A stretch of 64,000 nt of DNA from Candidatus Cloacimonadota bacterium (lineage in GTDB: Bacteria > Cloacimonadota > Cloacimonadia > Cloacimonadales > TCS61), in NCBI GenBank assembly GCA_018645365.1, contig JABGOP010000001.1:80118-144117 (forward strand), written 5' to 3'. Each line of letters opens with the position of its first letter. Position 1 is the stretch's first letter. The notes below the pieces were generated by a model. That model searched no databases. It saw nothing but the letters and a program-made list of their open reading frames with translations, and had not been told where the DNA came from. Below are positions 41,946 through 51,072 of this stretch, piece by piece. A program made the translations under genes and the position numbers.

Positions 41946-43148
41946 ATGAAATCTATTCTACTGATTTTAGGCGTTTTATTTTCGGTTTCTATTTTTGCTA
42001 ATTCCATCTTTTCGTTTGATGGAATGCCCGAAAAAAATTATGGTGCAGATATTTATTCCGCTGGTATGGGCGATTGTGGTGCTGCCGATTTATTTCGTGT
42101 TAATGCAAACTTTTCCAATCCGTCGATTGCAACATCAACCAATAAAGTGATGTTTTCTACCGGTGGAGAATTGGGTTATTTTTGGTACACAAATTCAAAT
42201 AATAATTTCCGCGATGATGGCTTAGTTTTACCTTATTTTTCAATTGCTGTTCCAATTCAAAATCACCGATTTGGGTTTAGCTTCAATTCAATAAGTTCTG
42301 GAAATTTACAAACTGAAGGGACCATAAGCTTCCAAGACTCAATAAATTACACTTTAACAAACACAATAAAGTCGAATCTATTTAAAACAAGTATTCTTTA
42401 TGCACATAAAAATAATTTCGCTAATTTAGGTATTTCGATAGACTATTATTTGGGGCATCGTACCCGAAGTTGGCAACTCGATTTTGAAGATGATGGCTTT
42501 ACTGATGCAAAATACGAACACGAGAAAATATTCAAGAACGTGGGGTTTACTGCTGGAATCAGTAAAAGAGCAAAAAACTTTGCGTATGGACTTTCGTATT
42601 CATCACAGGTTAAATTAGGTGGCGATGAATACTTCAAATTCGACCATTATCCAGAGGTTGATACTCTTTATCTCGACCCACATTCTTTTGTAGCGCCTGC
42701 CGAAATTTCAAATTCTTTTACTTTTAAATTTTCAAAACACTTCAAAACTTCAGTTGATTTCAATTATGAACTTTGGGACAATACAGATTTGTCTTCTGAA
42801 AATACTTATCGTGTTGGCTGCGGTTTTGCTTTTGAACCTTCGCGCTCTGAAAATAAGTGGTACAGACGAATTCCATTGCGATTTGGTGGATATTATCGCG
42901 AATTGCCATTCAAAATAAATGACAAAATAATCTTGGAAAAAGCTGTTACTTTTGGTTTGACAATTCCACTTAAATTTTCTGATAAAAAAATAGATATTGC
43001 CGTAAAATATTTAACGCGTGGGAATATTGAAAAACACGATGTTGAAGATAACGCACTCACTTTTTCGTTTGGAATAACCGGTTTTGATATTTTTGGAAAA
43101 CGCGTTCGCAAAACCGCGCCGCGAGAAATCCCCAAAGCGAGTAAATAG
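41946..43148 (+). CDS. outer-membrane beta-barrel protein (FadL/PorV-like class)
   Basis: Signal peptide, an N-terminal AGMGDCGAA....NPS motif typical of this OMP class, and alternating beta-strand pattern throughout. Confidence 0.5.
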   Translation: MKSILLILGVLFSVSIFANSIFSFDGMPEKNYGADIYSAGMGDCGAADLFRVNANFSNPSIATSTNKVMFSTGGELGYFWYTNSNNNFRDDGLVLPYFSIAVPIQNHRFGFSFNSISSGNLQTEGTISFQDSINYTLTNTIKSNLFKTSILYAHKNNFANLGISIDYYLGHRTRSWQLDFEDDGFTDAKYEHEKIFKNVGFTAGISKRAKNFAYGLSYSSQVKLGGDEYFKFDHYPEVDTLYLDPHSFVAPAEISNSFTFKFSKHFKTSVDFNYELWDNTDLSSENTYRVGCGFAFEPSRSENKWYRRIPLRFGGYYRELPFKINDKIILEKAVTFGLTIPLKFSDKKIDIAVKYLTRGNIEKHDVEDNALTFSFGITGFDIFGKRVRKTAPREIPKASK

Positions 43149-44716
43149 TGAAATTTCACTGGAATTATAATTATTTAAAAGAAGAGAACCCCTTCAAGCA
43201 AATAATGGAAAACAGAAATATGGCAGAATCTTTTTTAGAATTATCAATCTCTGACATTCCAGATTTCAAACTCATGAAGGACATCTCAAAAGCAGCAAGT
43301 CGCATCATTAAAGCCGTTCAACAAAAAGAAAAAATCTTCATTTTTGGTCACGACGATGTAGACGGCATTACATCTACCTACATTCTCTTTAATTTTTTGG
43401 GAAAAATTGGCTCGCAAAATCACTACTGTTTCATTCCGAATCGATTAACCGACCATCATGGAATTCAACAAAATTTCATTCAAAAAGTAACCGACGAAAA
43501 TGCTAATTTAATCATCACTGTTGACGGTGGAATTTCTGATTTTGAAGCAATTGAACATCTTCAAAACAATTTGTGTGATGTAATTATTACCGACCATCAC
43601 ATTGTGCAACACAGTGTTCCAAAAGCGTTTGCGGTTGTAAACCCAAAACAACATGACTGCGATTTTCCATTTAAAATGATGGCAGGAGTTGGCGTTGTTT
43701 ATTTTCTTCTCAAAATGATGGCGGAAAAATTATCAATTAGCATTGATAAAAATTATCTTTTTTGGGTAGCAGCTGGTACGATTGCTGACAAAGTACCACT
43801 CCGTAATACAAACCGGATTTTAGTCAAAGAAGTTTTGGAAAACTGGACATCTTTTGATGATGATACTTTGAAAAATTTGGATGATTATTTGTGTGCTCCT
43901 CTAAATTTCACAGAACGATTACGAATCATCAAATTTATCAATCGACTTTTCTCAAACGGCAGACTGCCAGACGGACAAAATTTGGCATTGGAACTACTTC
44001 TCACCGAAGAATCTGAGCAAAAACCAATAATTTATCAGCTTTTTGCAAAAGCAACAGACGCAAAGAAAAAGAAAAATGATGTCAATCTAATAATCAAAAA
44101 TATAACCGAAAATATTATTGATGACCATTTCATTTTCGTTGATTTTGAAAATAAAATTCCCATTGAATTTGCTGGTCATTCTGCATCGAAAATTGTAAAA
44201 AAGCACAAAATTCCAGCAATTATCATAAAACCCAAAAACGGTATCTTTGCAGGCGAAGCAAGAAGTGCGGGCAGATTTAATTTAATGGATGCTTTTGAAT
44301 ATTGTAAGAGCTCATTAATTCAGTTTGGTGGGCACGCAAAAGCAGCTGGATTCACCATCGAAAAAGAAAATTTGGAGATGTTTCAAGCTAAATTTAAAGC
44401 ATATCTTCAAACTCAAAAAAATATTCTATTTGAGAATGAAACCATTAAAATCGATGCTATTTTAGACGCTGAAGACATTGAATATTTAGATGAATATATA
44501 CAAATGGAATACAATTTACTGCAACCGATTGGGCAGGGTAACGTAACGCCACATTTTCTCATTAAAAATTTCCTACCAAAACGGGATGTAAATAAAATAA
44601 AAATAAATTTTCGTAACACCGACATTAAGCACGATCATCATTACGCCGTAATCGTAAAATGGAGTGGAAAATCATTTAATGTGGTCGATTACAGAAAAGC
44701 AAATTACCTTTTATAA
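43148..44716 (+). CDS. recJ: DHH-family single-stranded-DNA exonuclease RecJ-like
   Basis: Motifs FGHDDVDGITS, TVDGG, ITDHH and DHHA1 GGHAKAAGFT. Confidence 0.75.
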   Translation: MKFHWNYNYLKEENPFKQIMENRNMAESFLELSISDIPDFKLMKDISKAASRIIKAVQQKEKIFIFGHDDVDGITSTYILFNFLGKIGSQNHYCFIPNRLTDHHGIQQNFIQKVTDENANLIITVDGGISDFEAIEHLQNNLCDVIITDHHIVQHSVPKAFAVVNPKQHDCDFPFKMMAGVGVVYFLLKMMAEKLSISIDKNYLFWVAAGTIADKVPLRNTNRILVKEVLENWTSFDDDTLKNLDDYLCAPLNFTERLRIIKFINRLFSNGRLPDGQNLALELLLTEESEQKPIIYQLFAKATDAKKKKNDVNLIIKNITENIIDDHFIFVDFENKIPIEFAGHSASKIVKKHKIPAIIIKPKNGIFAGEARSAGRFNLMDAFEYCKSSLIQFGGHAKAAGFTIEKENLEMFQAKFKAYLQTQKNILFENETIKIDAILDAEDIEYLDEYIQMEYNLLQPIGQGNVTPHFLIKNFLPKRDVNKIKINFRNTDIKHDHHYAVIVKWSGKSFNVVDYRKANYLL

Positions 44717-44729
44717 ACTGGAGAAATAG

Positions 44730-44900
44730 ATGAAAATTATCAAAAATTTATGCGATATTTGTGGAACTTGCGTTGCTGTTTGCCCGGCTGACGCGATTAT
44801 TGTTTCCGAATTTGAAGTTGTGATAAATAATCAAAAATGCACAAATTGTTCAAACTGTTTGAAAGTTTGCCCAATCAAGGCAATCAAAGAGGGTGAATAA
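44730..44900 (+). CDS. 2x[4Fe-4S] ferredoxin (56 aa, absent from the ORF track)
   Basis: Read by hand: MKIIKNLCDICGTCVAVCPADAIIVSEFEVVINNQKCTNCSNCLKVCPIKAIKEGE, with two CxxCxxCxxxCP motifs. Its TAA overlaps the next ATG. Confidence 0.8.
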   Translation: MKIIKNLCDICGTCVAVCPADAIIVSEFEVVINNQKCTNCSNCLKVCPIKAIKEGE

Positions 44901-46090
44901 TGAAAAATAAGTATGATGTAATCGTTATCGGTGGCGGTCCCGCTGGGAGTGTGGCGGCAAAATTTGCGTCAGAAAATGGAGCATCTGTTCTTCTTTTGGA
45001 GCGCGACCGCGAAGCAGGAATTCCTGTTAGATGTGCTGAGGGCGTTTCTTTAAAGGGAATCGCACCATTCATCGAAATTGACAAAAGATGGATTGCCGCC
45101 CAAATTGATGTAGCAACTCTTTTTGCCCCCAACGGTGAAAGTGCAAAAATGCATAACAATGGAACGGGACTGGTTTTGGAGCGCAGAATTTTTGACACTG
45201 CCCTTTGCGAAGAAGCAGTAAAATTTGGCGTGGAATTTGTAACAAAAGCAGATGCTATTGATTTAACTTGGAAAAATGGTAAAATCTCGGGCGTTAAAAT
45301 AAATTATTTGAACGAAATCCTAGAGATAGAATGTGATGTCGTTATTGGTGCTGATGGCGTGGAATCACGCGTAGGGAGATGGGCTGGCATCAAAACGAAT
45401 GTAGCACTCAAAGATATCGACACTTGCATCCAATACACCTTATCGGGAATTGACATCGAAGAAAATGCGTGCGAATTTTACTTTGGAAGAGATGTCTCGC
45501 CTGGCGGCTATGTGTGGGTTTTTCCAAAAAATAAAAATACGGCAAATGTCGGAATTGGATTAGCTGGTCATTTTTCACACGCAAAAGGACCCAAAAAATT
45601 TCTCGATGAATTCATTCAAAAACGCTTTCCAAACGGACAAAAAATATATACTGTTTGTGGTGGTGTAACCACGGCGGACACATTGCCGGAAATTGTGCAC
45701 GACAACATTATGTTAGTTGGCGATGCGGCACGACAAGTGAATCCCATTACTGGCGGCGGAATCGTGCAGGGAATGATTGCGGGAAGCATCGCTGGGAAAG
45801 TCGCCGCAGAAGCCGTTCAAAAGAAAAAATTTAACAAGAAATTCCTAAAAAAATACCGAAAAGAATGGGATAAAAAAATTGGCAATAATCAAAAGGTGAT
45901 GTATAAAATCAAAGAAAAAGTTTTGGAAATGGGTGATGAAAAATTCAATTCTCTCGTTAAAATTTGCCAAAATATTCCAGCCGACAAATTTACTGTAAAA
46001 GCACTCTTTAGCGAAGCAGTAAAAGATGACCCAAGATTAGTTTTAGAAATTGCTAAAACATTCGTCAAAAGTAAATTAAAGCTGAAATGA
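44900..46090 (+). CDS. geranylgeranyl reductase family FAD-dependent oxidoreductase
   Basis: YDVIVIGGGPAGSVAAKFASENGASVLLLER dinucleotide fold, RCAEG, GDAARQVNPITGGGI, and about 400 aa. Confidence 0.8.
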   Translation: MKNKYDVIVIGGGPAGSVAAKFASENGASVLLLERDREAGIPVRCAEGVSLKGIAPFIEIDKRWIAAQIDVATLFAPNGESAKMHNNGTGLVLERRIFDTALCEEAVKFGVEFVTKADAIDLTWKNGKISGVKINYLNEILEIECDVVIGADGVESRVGRWAGIKTNVALKDIDTCIQYTLSGIDIEENACEFYFGRDVSPGGYVWVFPKNKNTANVGIGLAGHFSHAKGPKKFLDEFIQKRFPNGQKIYTVCGGVTTADTLPEIVHDNIMLVGDAARQVNPITGGGIVQGMIAGSIAGKVAAEAVQKKKFNKKFLKKYRKEWDKKIGNNQKVMYKIKEKVLEMGDEKFNSLVKICQNIPADKFTVKALFSEAVKDDPRLVLEIAKTFVKSKLKLK

Positions 46091-46674
46091 ATGCGATTCA
46101 AAAAAGAGAATTTGGTCGTAAATTTTTCCATTTTGGAACTATCGTAATTCCACTTTCATACAGGTATCTATTTGGCTTCAACAAAAAAACATTCGCGTTC
46201 TACCTTGCGTTGTTCACGCTACTCGTAATTATCGTCGAAATAGCACGCCTAAAACACAAAACTTTCAAAAAAATATTTAATGACTTTACGGGAATTTTGT
46301 TACGAAAACACGAATTTAACGACTTTACGGGCGCAACATATTTGACCATTTCATCTATTTTTTGTGTCATTATTTTCCCACCACAAATTGCTTTTTTAGC
46401 GATTTCCTTTTTGATAATTGGTGATACCCTGGCTGCATTAATTGGGATTCCATTTGGAAAAATGAAAATATTTGACGGTCAGAAAAGCTTTGAAGGAAGT
46501 TTAGCATGTTTTTTGGGATGTTTCTTGTTTGCCTTAATCTATATTGACCCACTCATTGCAACAGTAGGCGCAATCGCTGCCACCACCGCAGAAATATCAA
46601 ATATTCGTCTCGATGATAACATTAAAATCCCTATTTTTAGTGGTGCCCTTATGTGGCTAATTCAATTAATTTAA
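46087..46674 (+). CDS. polyprenol (dolichol/phytol-type) kinase family membrane protein
   Basis: Polytopic, 195 aa. IGDTLAALIGIPFGKMKIFDGQKSFEGSLACF matches the GD..A..(V/I)G..(F/W)G....(K)(S/T).(E/A)GS signature of prenol kinases in the CTP_transf_1 superfamily. Confidence 0.6.
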   Translation: MNAIQKREFGRKFFHFGTIVIPLSYRYLFGFNKKTFAFYLALFTLLVIIVEIARLKHKTFKKIFNDFTGILLRKHEFNDFTGATYLTISSIFCVIIFPPQIAFLAISFLIIGDTLAALIGIPFGKMKIFDGQKSFEGSLACFLGCFLFALIYIDPLIATVGAIAATTAEISNIRLDDNIKIPIFSGALMWLIQLI

Positions 46675-46686
46675 AAGGAAAAAATT

Positions 46687-47619
46687 ATGAAATTGTCGTT
46701 TGTAATTCCCGTTTTTAACGAACAAGATAGTTTGAAAATATTGCATTCTGAAATTTTGGAAAACATCAAAAAATATAAGTACGAAATCATCTTTATCGAT
46801 GATGGTAGCAACGATGACAGCTTCCAAATAATGACAGAACTAGCCAAAAAAGATGAAAATGTGAAAATCATTAAATTCCGTAAAAATTTTGGGAAATCTG
46901 CAGCTCTACAGACTGGATTTGATGTAGCAAATGGCGAAATTGTATTCACGATGGATGCAGACCTACAAGATAACCCTAAGGAAATTCCAAATTTTATTAC
47001 TAAAATCGAAGCTGGTTTCGACTTAGTCACTGGCTGGAAAGTCAAAAGAAGGGACCCAATTAATAAAACTTGGCCGTCAAAAATTTTTAACTCGGTAACT
47101 TCTAAAACTTTCGGATTAAAATTACACGACTACAATTGTGGCTTCAAAGCATATCAAAAATCAGTTATTAATGAAATTGATGTTTACGGTGAAATGCACC
47201 GCTACATTCCGGCACTGGCAATTGCAAAAGGTTTCACTGTTGCTGAGATTCCAATCGAGCATCGAAAACGCGAATTTGGTAAATCAAAATATGGTATAGA
47301 ACGCTATTTACGCGGATTTCTGGATCTCCTTACGGTAAAGCTCGTAACGGGTTACATTCGTAGTCCACTTTACCTTTTCGGTAGAATTGGTGCTACTTTC
47401 GGCTTAATTGGTCTAATTATCACAATCTACCTCTCCGTCATGAAGTTTTGGTTTTCGGCACCTCTTTCTAACCGCCCGCTTTTATACTTAGGCACACTTT
47501 TAATTATCATTGGTCTGCAATTTTTTTCCATCGGACTTTTGGGTGAATTAATCGTAAATCAAGGTCGTAATCATACAAAAAAAAAGAATATTTCAATTGA
47601 AAAAAGGATTAATCTATGA
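46687..47619 (+). CDS. GT2 polyprenyl-phosphate glycosyltransferase (DPM1/ALG5/GtrB-like)
   Basis: VIPVFNE, IIFIDDGSND, TMDADLQDNP, and two C-terminal TM helices. Confidence 0.8.
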   Translation: MKLSFVIPVFNEQDSLKILHSEILENIKKYKYEIIFIDDGSNDDSFQIMTELAKKDENVKIIKFRKNFGKSAALQTGFDVANGEIVFTMDADLQDNPKEIPNFITKIEAGFDLVTGWKVKRRDPINKTWPSKIFNSVTSKTFGLKLHDYNCGFKAYQKSVINEIDVYGEMHRYIPALAIAKGFTVAEIPIEHRKREFGKSKYGIERYLRGFLDLLTVKLVTGYIRSPLYLFGRIGATFGLIGLIITIYLSVMKFWFSAPLSNRPLLYLGTLLIIIGLQFFSIGLLGELIVNQGRNHTKKKNISIEKRINL

Positions 47620-48968
47620 AAAGTCATTTGAAAAAATTCATTGCCAAAATGGAGGTTGAAAATCCCAATGAACTTGTTATTCAGTCTTTCACAAATTCTT
47701 ATTACAAAATATTGGAAGGTGCAACTGGAAAAATTTCTGAAAATGAAATTGAACAACCAGCTTCAAATAATTTAACAAATTATGATGAACTAAGTGAAAT
47801 TAATTCCGCATTTTTAGGAAAATTAGCTGTCATAAAGCTAAACGGTGGGCTGGGCACAAGCATGGGATTAAATGAGCCAAAATCGCTTATAAAGATAAAA
47901 AATAACTTGAATTTTCTTGATATCATTGCTCGTCAAATTTTGCATTTACGCAACCATTCCCAAAAAGATATTCCACTTTTATTTATGCACAGTTTCAACA
48001 CACGCAAAAAATCACTTGATTATTTAAAAAAATATTCGAACCTCAAAAATGATGATATTCCACTCGATTTTATGCAAAATAAATTTCCAAAAATCAAGCA
48101 ATCTAACCTTTCACCGTTAAATAATCAAAACGAAAATCTAAATTGGAATCCGCCTGGTCATGGTGAAATTTATCTTGTTTTAGCAATCTCAGGCATTCTC
48201 GACAAATTGATAAAAAACGGTTTTGAATATGTATTTATATCCAATGCTGACAATCTGGGTGCCGTTGTTGATGAAAAAATTTTAACCCATTTTGCAAGCA
48301 ACAATATTCCCTTCTTGATGGAGGTTTGCAACCGTACCGAAATGGATAAAAAAGGAGGACACTTGGCGCAAACAAAAAGCGGACAATTGCTCTTGCGTGA
48401 ATCTGCTCAATGCCCCAAAAATGAACTTGAAAATTTCCAGAATATTGATATTTTTTCATACTTCAACACAAATAATTTGTGGATAAACCTGAAATCATTA
48501 AAGCAAAGATTATACGAAAAACGCTTTCATTTGCCATTATCGATGATTTTAAACTCCAAAACAGTGGACGGTGAAAAAGTATATCAGGTTGAATCAGCAA
48601 TGGGATCCGCCATTAGTGTTTTCAAAAATTCGAAAGCGATTATCGTGAACCGTAATCGTTTTATTCCCGTGAAAACAACTAATGATTTATTAATTGTTTG
48701 GAGTGATGTTTTTCGACTTTCAGAAAATTTTAAATTAATCTCCCAAGTCCCAAAAATTCCAAAAATCAATTTAGATACAAAATTTTATCAAAATTATGCA
48801 GACTTCGAAATGCGTTTTCAAAAAGGTGTTCCATCACTAAAAAAATGTAACCAAATAGAGGTTAATGGCGATGTTTTTTGGGGGGAAAATGTGAAAATTT
48901 CTGGAAAAAATGTGAAAATTAGCCACTCTACAACGACATTTTTAGAAAATATTACCCTAAATCAGTAA
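47616..48968 (+). CDS. UTP--glucose-1-phosphate uridylyltransferase, UDPGP (eukaryote-type) family
   Basis: LAVIKLNGGLGTSMG signature, NPPGHGEIY, and a beta-helix-like C-terminus. Confidence 0.8.
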   Translation: MKSHLKKFIAKMEVENPNELVIQSFTNSYYKILEGATGKISENEIEQPASNNLTNYDELSEINSAFLGKLAVIKLNGGLGTSMGLNEPKSLIKIKNNLNFLDIIARQILHLRNHSQKDIPLLFMHSFNTRKKSLDYLKKYSNLKNDDIPLDFMQNKFPKIKQSNLSPLNNQNENLNWNPPGHGEIYLVLAISGILDKLIKNGFEYVFISNADNLGAVVDEKILTHFASNNIPFLMEVCNRTEMDKKGGHLAQTKSGQLLLRESAQCPKNELENFQNIDIFSYFNTNNLWINLKSLKQRLYEKRFHLPLSMILNSKTVDGEKVYQVESAMGSAISVFKNSKAIIVNRNRFIPVKTTNDLLIVWSDVFRLSENFKLISQVPKIPKINLDTKFYQNYADFEMRFQKGVPSLKKCNQIEVNGDVFWGENVKISGKNVKISHSTTTFLENITLNQ

Positions 48969-49807
48969 TTTATACTAAACTCGTTTTCGCGATTAATCTC
49001 CGCTAATATTTTTTTGAATGCATCGTTGTAAATTTGACGAACTCGCTCACGGGAAAGACTTAAAATTCTGCCTATTTCCGCAAAATTTTGCGGTGATTCA
49101 TCATTCAAACCAAAATACAAACCAATTATTTTGTGCTCTCGTTCCGAAAGTTTTTTTAACGATTCCGAAACTTGTTTTTTTTGTTTTTCACGATAGTATA
49201 ATTTTTGTGGATCATTCTCCACTTTGGTCGCTAAAATATCAGCAAAAGTCCGCTCACTTGTATTTGTACCATCAATTTTCTGTTCTATAGAAAGCGTCGC
49301 TGTAACTTCTCGTTTCGTTTTTTCGATAAGCGATACAGTCAATTTCGTCTTTTCGGCAATTTCATTTACAGTCGGAATTCTACCACTTTCCTCAAAAATA
49401 TCTTTTTCTGCCTTGGTGATTTTCTTTGCTAAATTATTTTTACTCAACGGTATTTTAATGATATTTGTTTTTTCGGCAATTGCGAAAAGAATTCGCTGTT
49501 TAATCCACCAAACCGCATAAGAAATCAGTTTATTGTCGGAATTTATGTCATATTTTTCGATGGCTTTTATCAAACCAATGTTGCCTTCACTAATAAGTTC
49601 TGAAAGCGTTAAACCCCGATTTTGATATTTTGTAGCCACCTTTACAACAAATTTCAAATTTGATTCAATCAATTTCCGTTGTGCGGAAAAATCTCCATTT
49701 TTTGATTTAATAGCTAATTCATGTTCCGCTTTTTTAGTTAGGGGCTGAATGTTCGCAATGTCTTTCAAATATTTTTGCAATGCAGCATCTTCAAATACAT
49801 TTTCCAT
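48962..49807 (-). CDS. RpoD-family sigma-70 factor, short form lacking region 1.1
   Basis: Region 1.2/2 LQKYLKDI...ESNLKFVVKVATKYQNRGLTLSELISEGNIGLIKAIEKYD, 2.4 ISYAVWWIKQRI, and region 4 EIGRILSLSRERVRQI. The architecture matches the short Bacteroidetes-type primary sigma. Confidence 0.85.
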   Translation of the reverse strand: MENVFEDAALQKYLKDIANIQPLTKKAEHELAIKSKNGDFSAQRKLIESNLKFVVKVATKYQNRGLTLSELISEGNIGLIKAIEKYDINSDNKLISYAVWWIKQRILFAIAEKTNIIKIPLSKNNLAKKITKAEKDIFEESGRIPTVNEIAEKTKLTVSLIEKTKREVTATLSIEQKIDGTNTSERTFADILATKVENDPQKLYYREKQKKQVSESLKKLSEREHKIIGLYFGLNDESPQNFAEIGRILSLSRERVRQIYNDAFKKILAEINRENEFSINY

Positions 49808-49815
49808 AAAAACCC

Positions 49816-50112
49816 TTAATTTTGAAACTCGTTTTTGTGATCATAGATAAAATCCAAAAGTTCATCGTTATTCATTCCTAATTTTTTAGAAAGTGCAAAA
49901 ACCATCTTTACACCAGAAAGATTCATCCCCAATTCTTGCGTAAGTGTAATTATAATAGTGATCTTATTGATGTTTTCTTTTGAAAAAAACCGAGTATTAT
50001 TTGCAGAACGAGTTGGTTTTATCAATTCTTTACTTTCATAAGTCCGAATTGTTTGATCGTGAATTCCCAGTTTTTTTGATACTTCTCCAATTTTAAATAA
50101 TTTTTTTTTCAT
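49816..50112 (-). CDS. MerR-family transcriptional regulator (HspR-like)
   Basis: LFKIGEVSKKLGIHDQTIRTYESKELIKPTRSANNTRFFSKENI HTH block. 98 aa. Confidence 0.8.
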   Translation of the reverse strand: MKKKLFKIGEVSKKLGIHDQTIRTYESKELIKPTRSANNTRFFSKENINKITIIITLTQELGMNLSGVKMVFALSKKLGMNNDELLDFIYDHKNEFQN

Positions 50113-50121
50113 TATTTTCCC

Positions 50122-51021
50122 CTAAAATTTTGGTAATACTTTTCGCGGGTTTATTGCTGTTCCATTTTCACGATATTCAAAGTGCAAATGTGAACCGGTT
50201 GCAACTCCTGTTTCTCCGACCGAAGCAATCGGCTGCCCGCGTTTCACATTTTCACCCAATCGCACGAAATTCGCATCATTGTGTGCATACACACTCATCG
50301 CATAATTTTCATGTTTCAAAATAACCACATTCCCATAACCGCGTTGCTTACCGACATAAACCACTTGCCCCGCTAAACATGCATAAATAGGGTCTCCGAT
50401 TGGTGCGGCAATGTCAATACCTTTGTGGGGCAGTCCGTTTCGAAGTCCAAATTCAGAAGTCACCGTCCCCCTTAATGGAAGAAATAATTCATTTTTTGAA
50501 GTTTGCTTAACTTCTTTTATTACCCTTATTGCTTTTTTTTCTGTTTTTTGTGGTTCTTGTTTTTCTTTTTGAAAAATGTTTTTTTTCTCATTTTGAATAG
50601 CGGCATTTAATTTAATCCGCATCCCGCTCTTCAATTGATAATCTACCAATTCATTATAGTCTAATATCTCTAAAATGCTGAGGTTATACATTTTCGCAAT
50701 GTGGTGAACTGTTTCTTTTGGCTTCACAATATGAATCCCAGATTGTGGAATTTTACGCATTGTTACAAATCTATTTTTCGATGGTTTTTGCGGATATAGA
50801 TATATTTTTTGACCAACATAAATTTTGTCCGATTTTAAATTATTAAACAATTTAATTTTTTCGATTGAAAGAGAATATTTTTGAGAAATATTTGAAATCA
50901 CCTCATTTTTTTTGACAATGTGATAATCGTCAGATTTCGTGAGATAAACAGGATTTGATGACATTCCCAAAATCATCATCGTGAAAAATAAACTTACAAG
51001 TATCTTTGCTTTTTTATCCAT
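50122..51021 (-). CDS. LysM(x2)-M23 peptidoglycan hydrolase
   Basis: Two LysM repeats (HIVKKNEVISNISQKYSLSIEKIKLFNNL..., HIVKPKETVHHIAKMYNLSILEILDYNEL...). M23 motifs HKGIDIAAPIGDPIYA and GETGVATGSHLHFEY. Confidence 0.88.
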   Translation of the reverse strand: MDKKAKILVSLFFTMMILGMSSNPVYLTKSDDYHIVKKNEVISNISQKYSLSIEKIKLFNNLKSDKIYVGQKIYLYPQKPSKNRFVTMRKIPQSGIHIVKPKETVHHIAKMYNLSILEILDYNELVDYQLKSGMRIKLNAAIQNEKKNIFQKEKQEPQKTEKKAIRVIKEVKQTSKNELFLPLRGTVTSEFGLRNGLPHKGIDIAAPIGDPIYACLAGQVVYVGKQRGYGNVVILKHENYAMSVYAHNDANFVRLGENVKRGQPIASVGETGVATGSHLHFEYRENGTAINPRKVLPKF

Positions 51022-51072
51022 TTATCCTCAAATTATTTTTTGATGAACACACAAAATATGAGCGAGGTCTTG

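Noticed and set aside
44730-46674. Reading the ferredoxin-GGR-kinase genes as an archaeal-type ether-lipid pathway
   Set aside because: There is no GGGP synthase, DGGGP synthase or G1P dehydrogenase in the window. The third gene matches the prenol-kinase signature rather than CDP-archaeol synthase. The downstream GT2 and UGPase fit a glycosyl-carrier role better.
48886-48930. Short direct repeat AAAATGTGAAAATT twice (CRISPR or tandem-repeat suspicion)
   Set aside because: There are only two copies, inside the UGPase C-terminus, encoding NVKISGKNVKIS. This fits a beta-helix repeat and is not an array.
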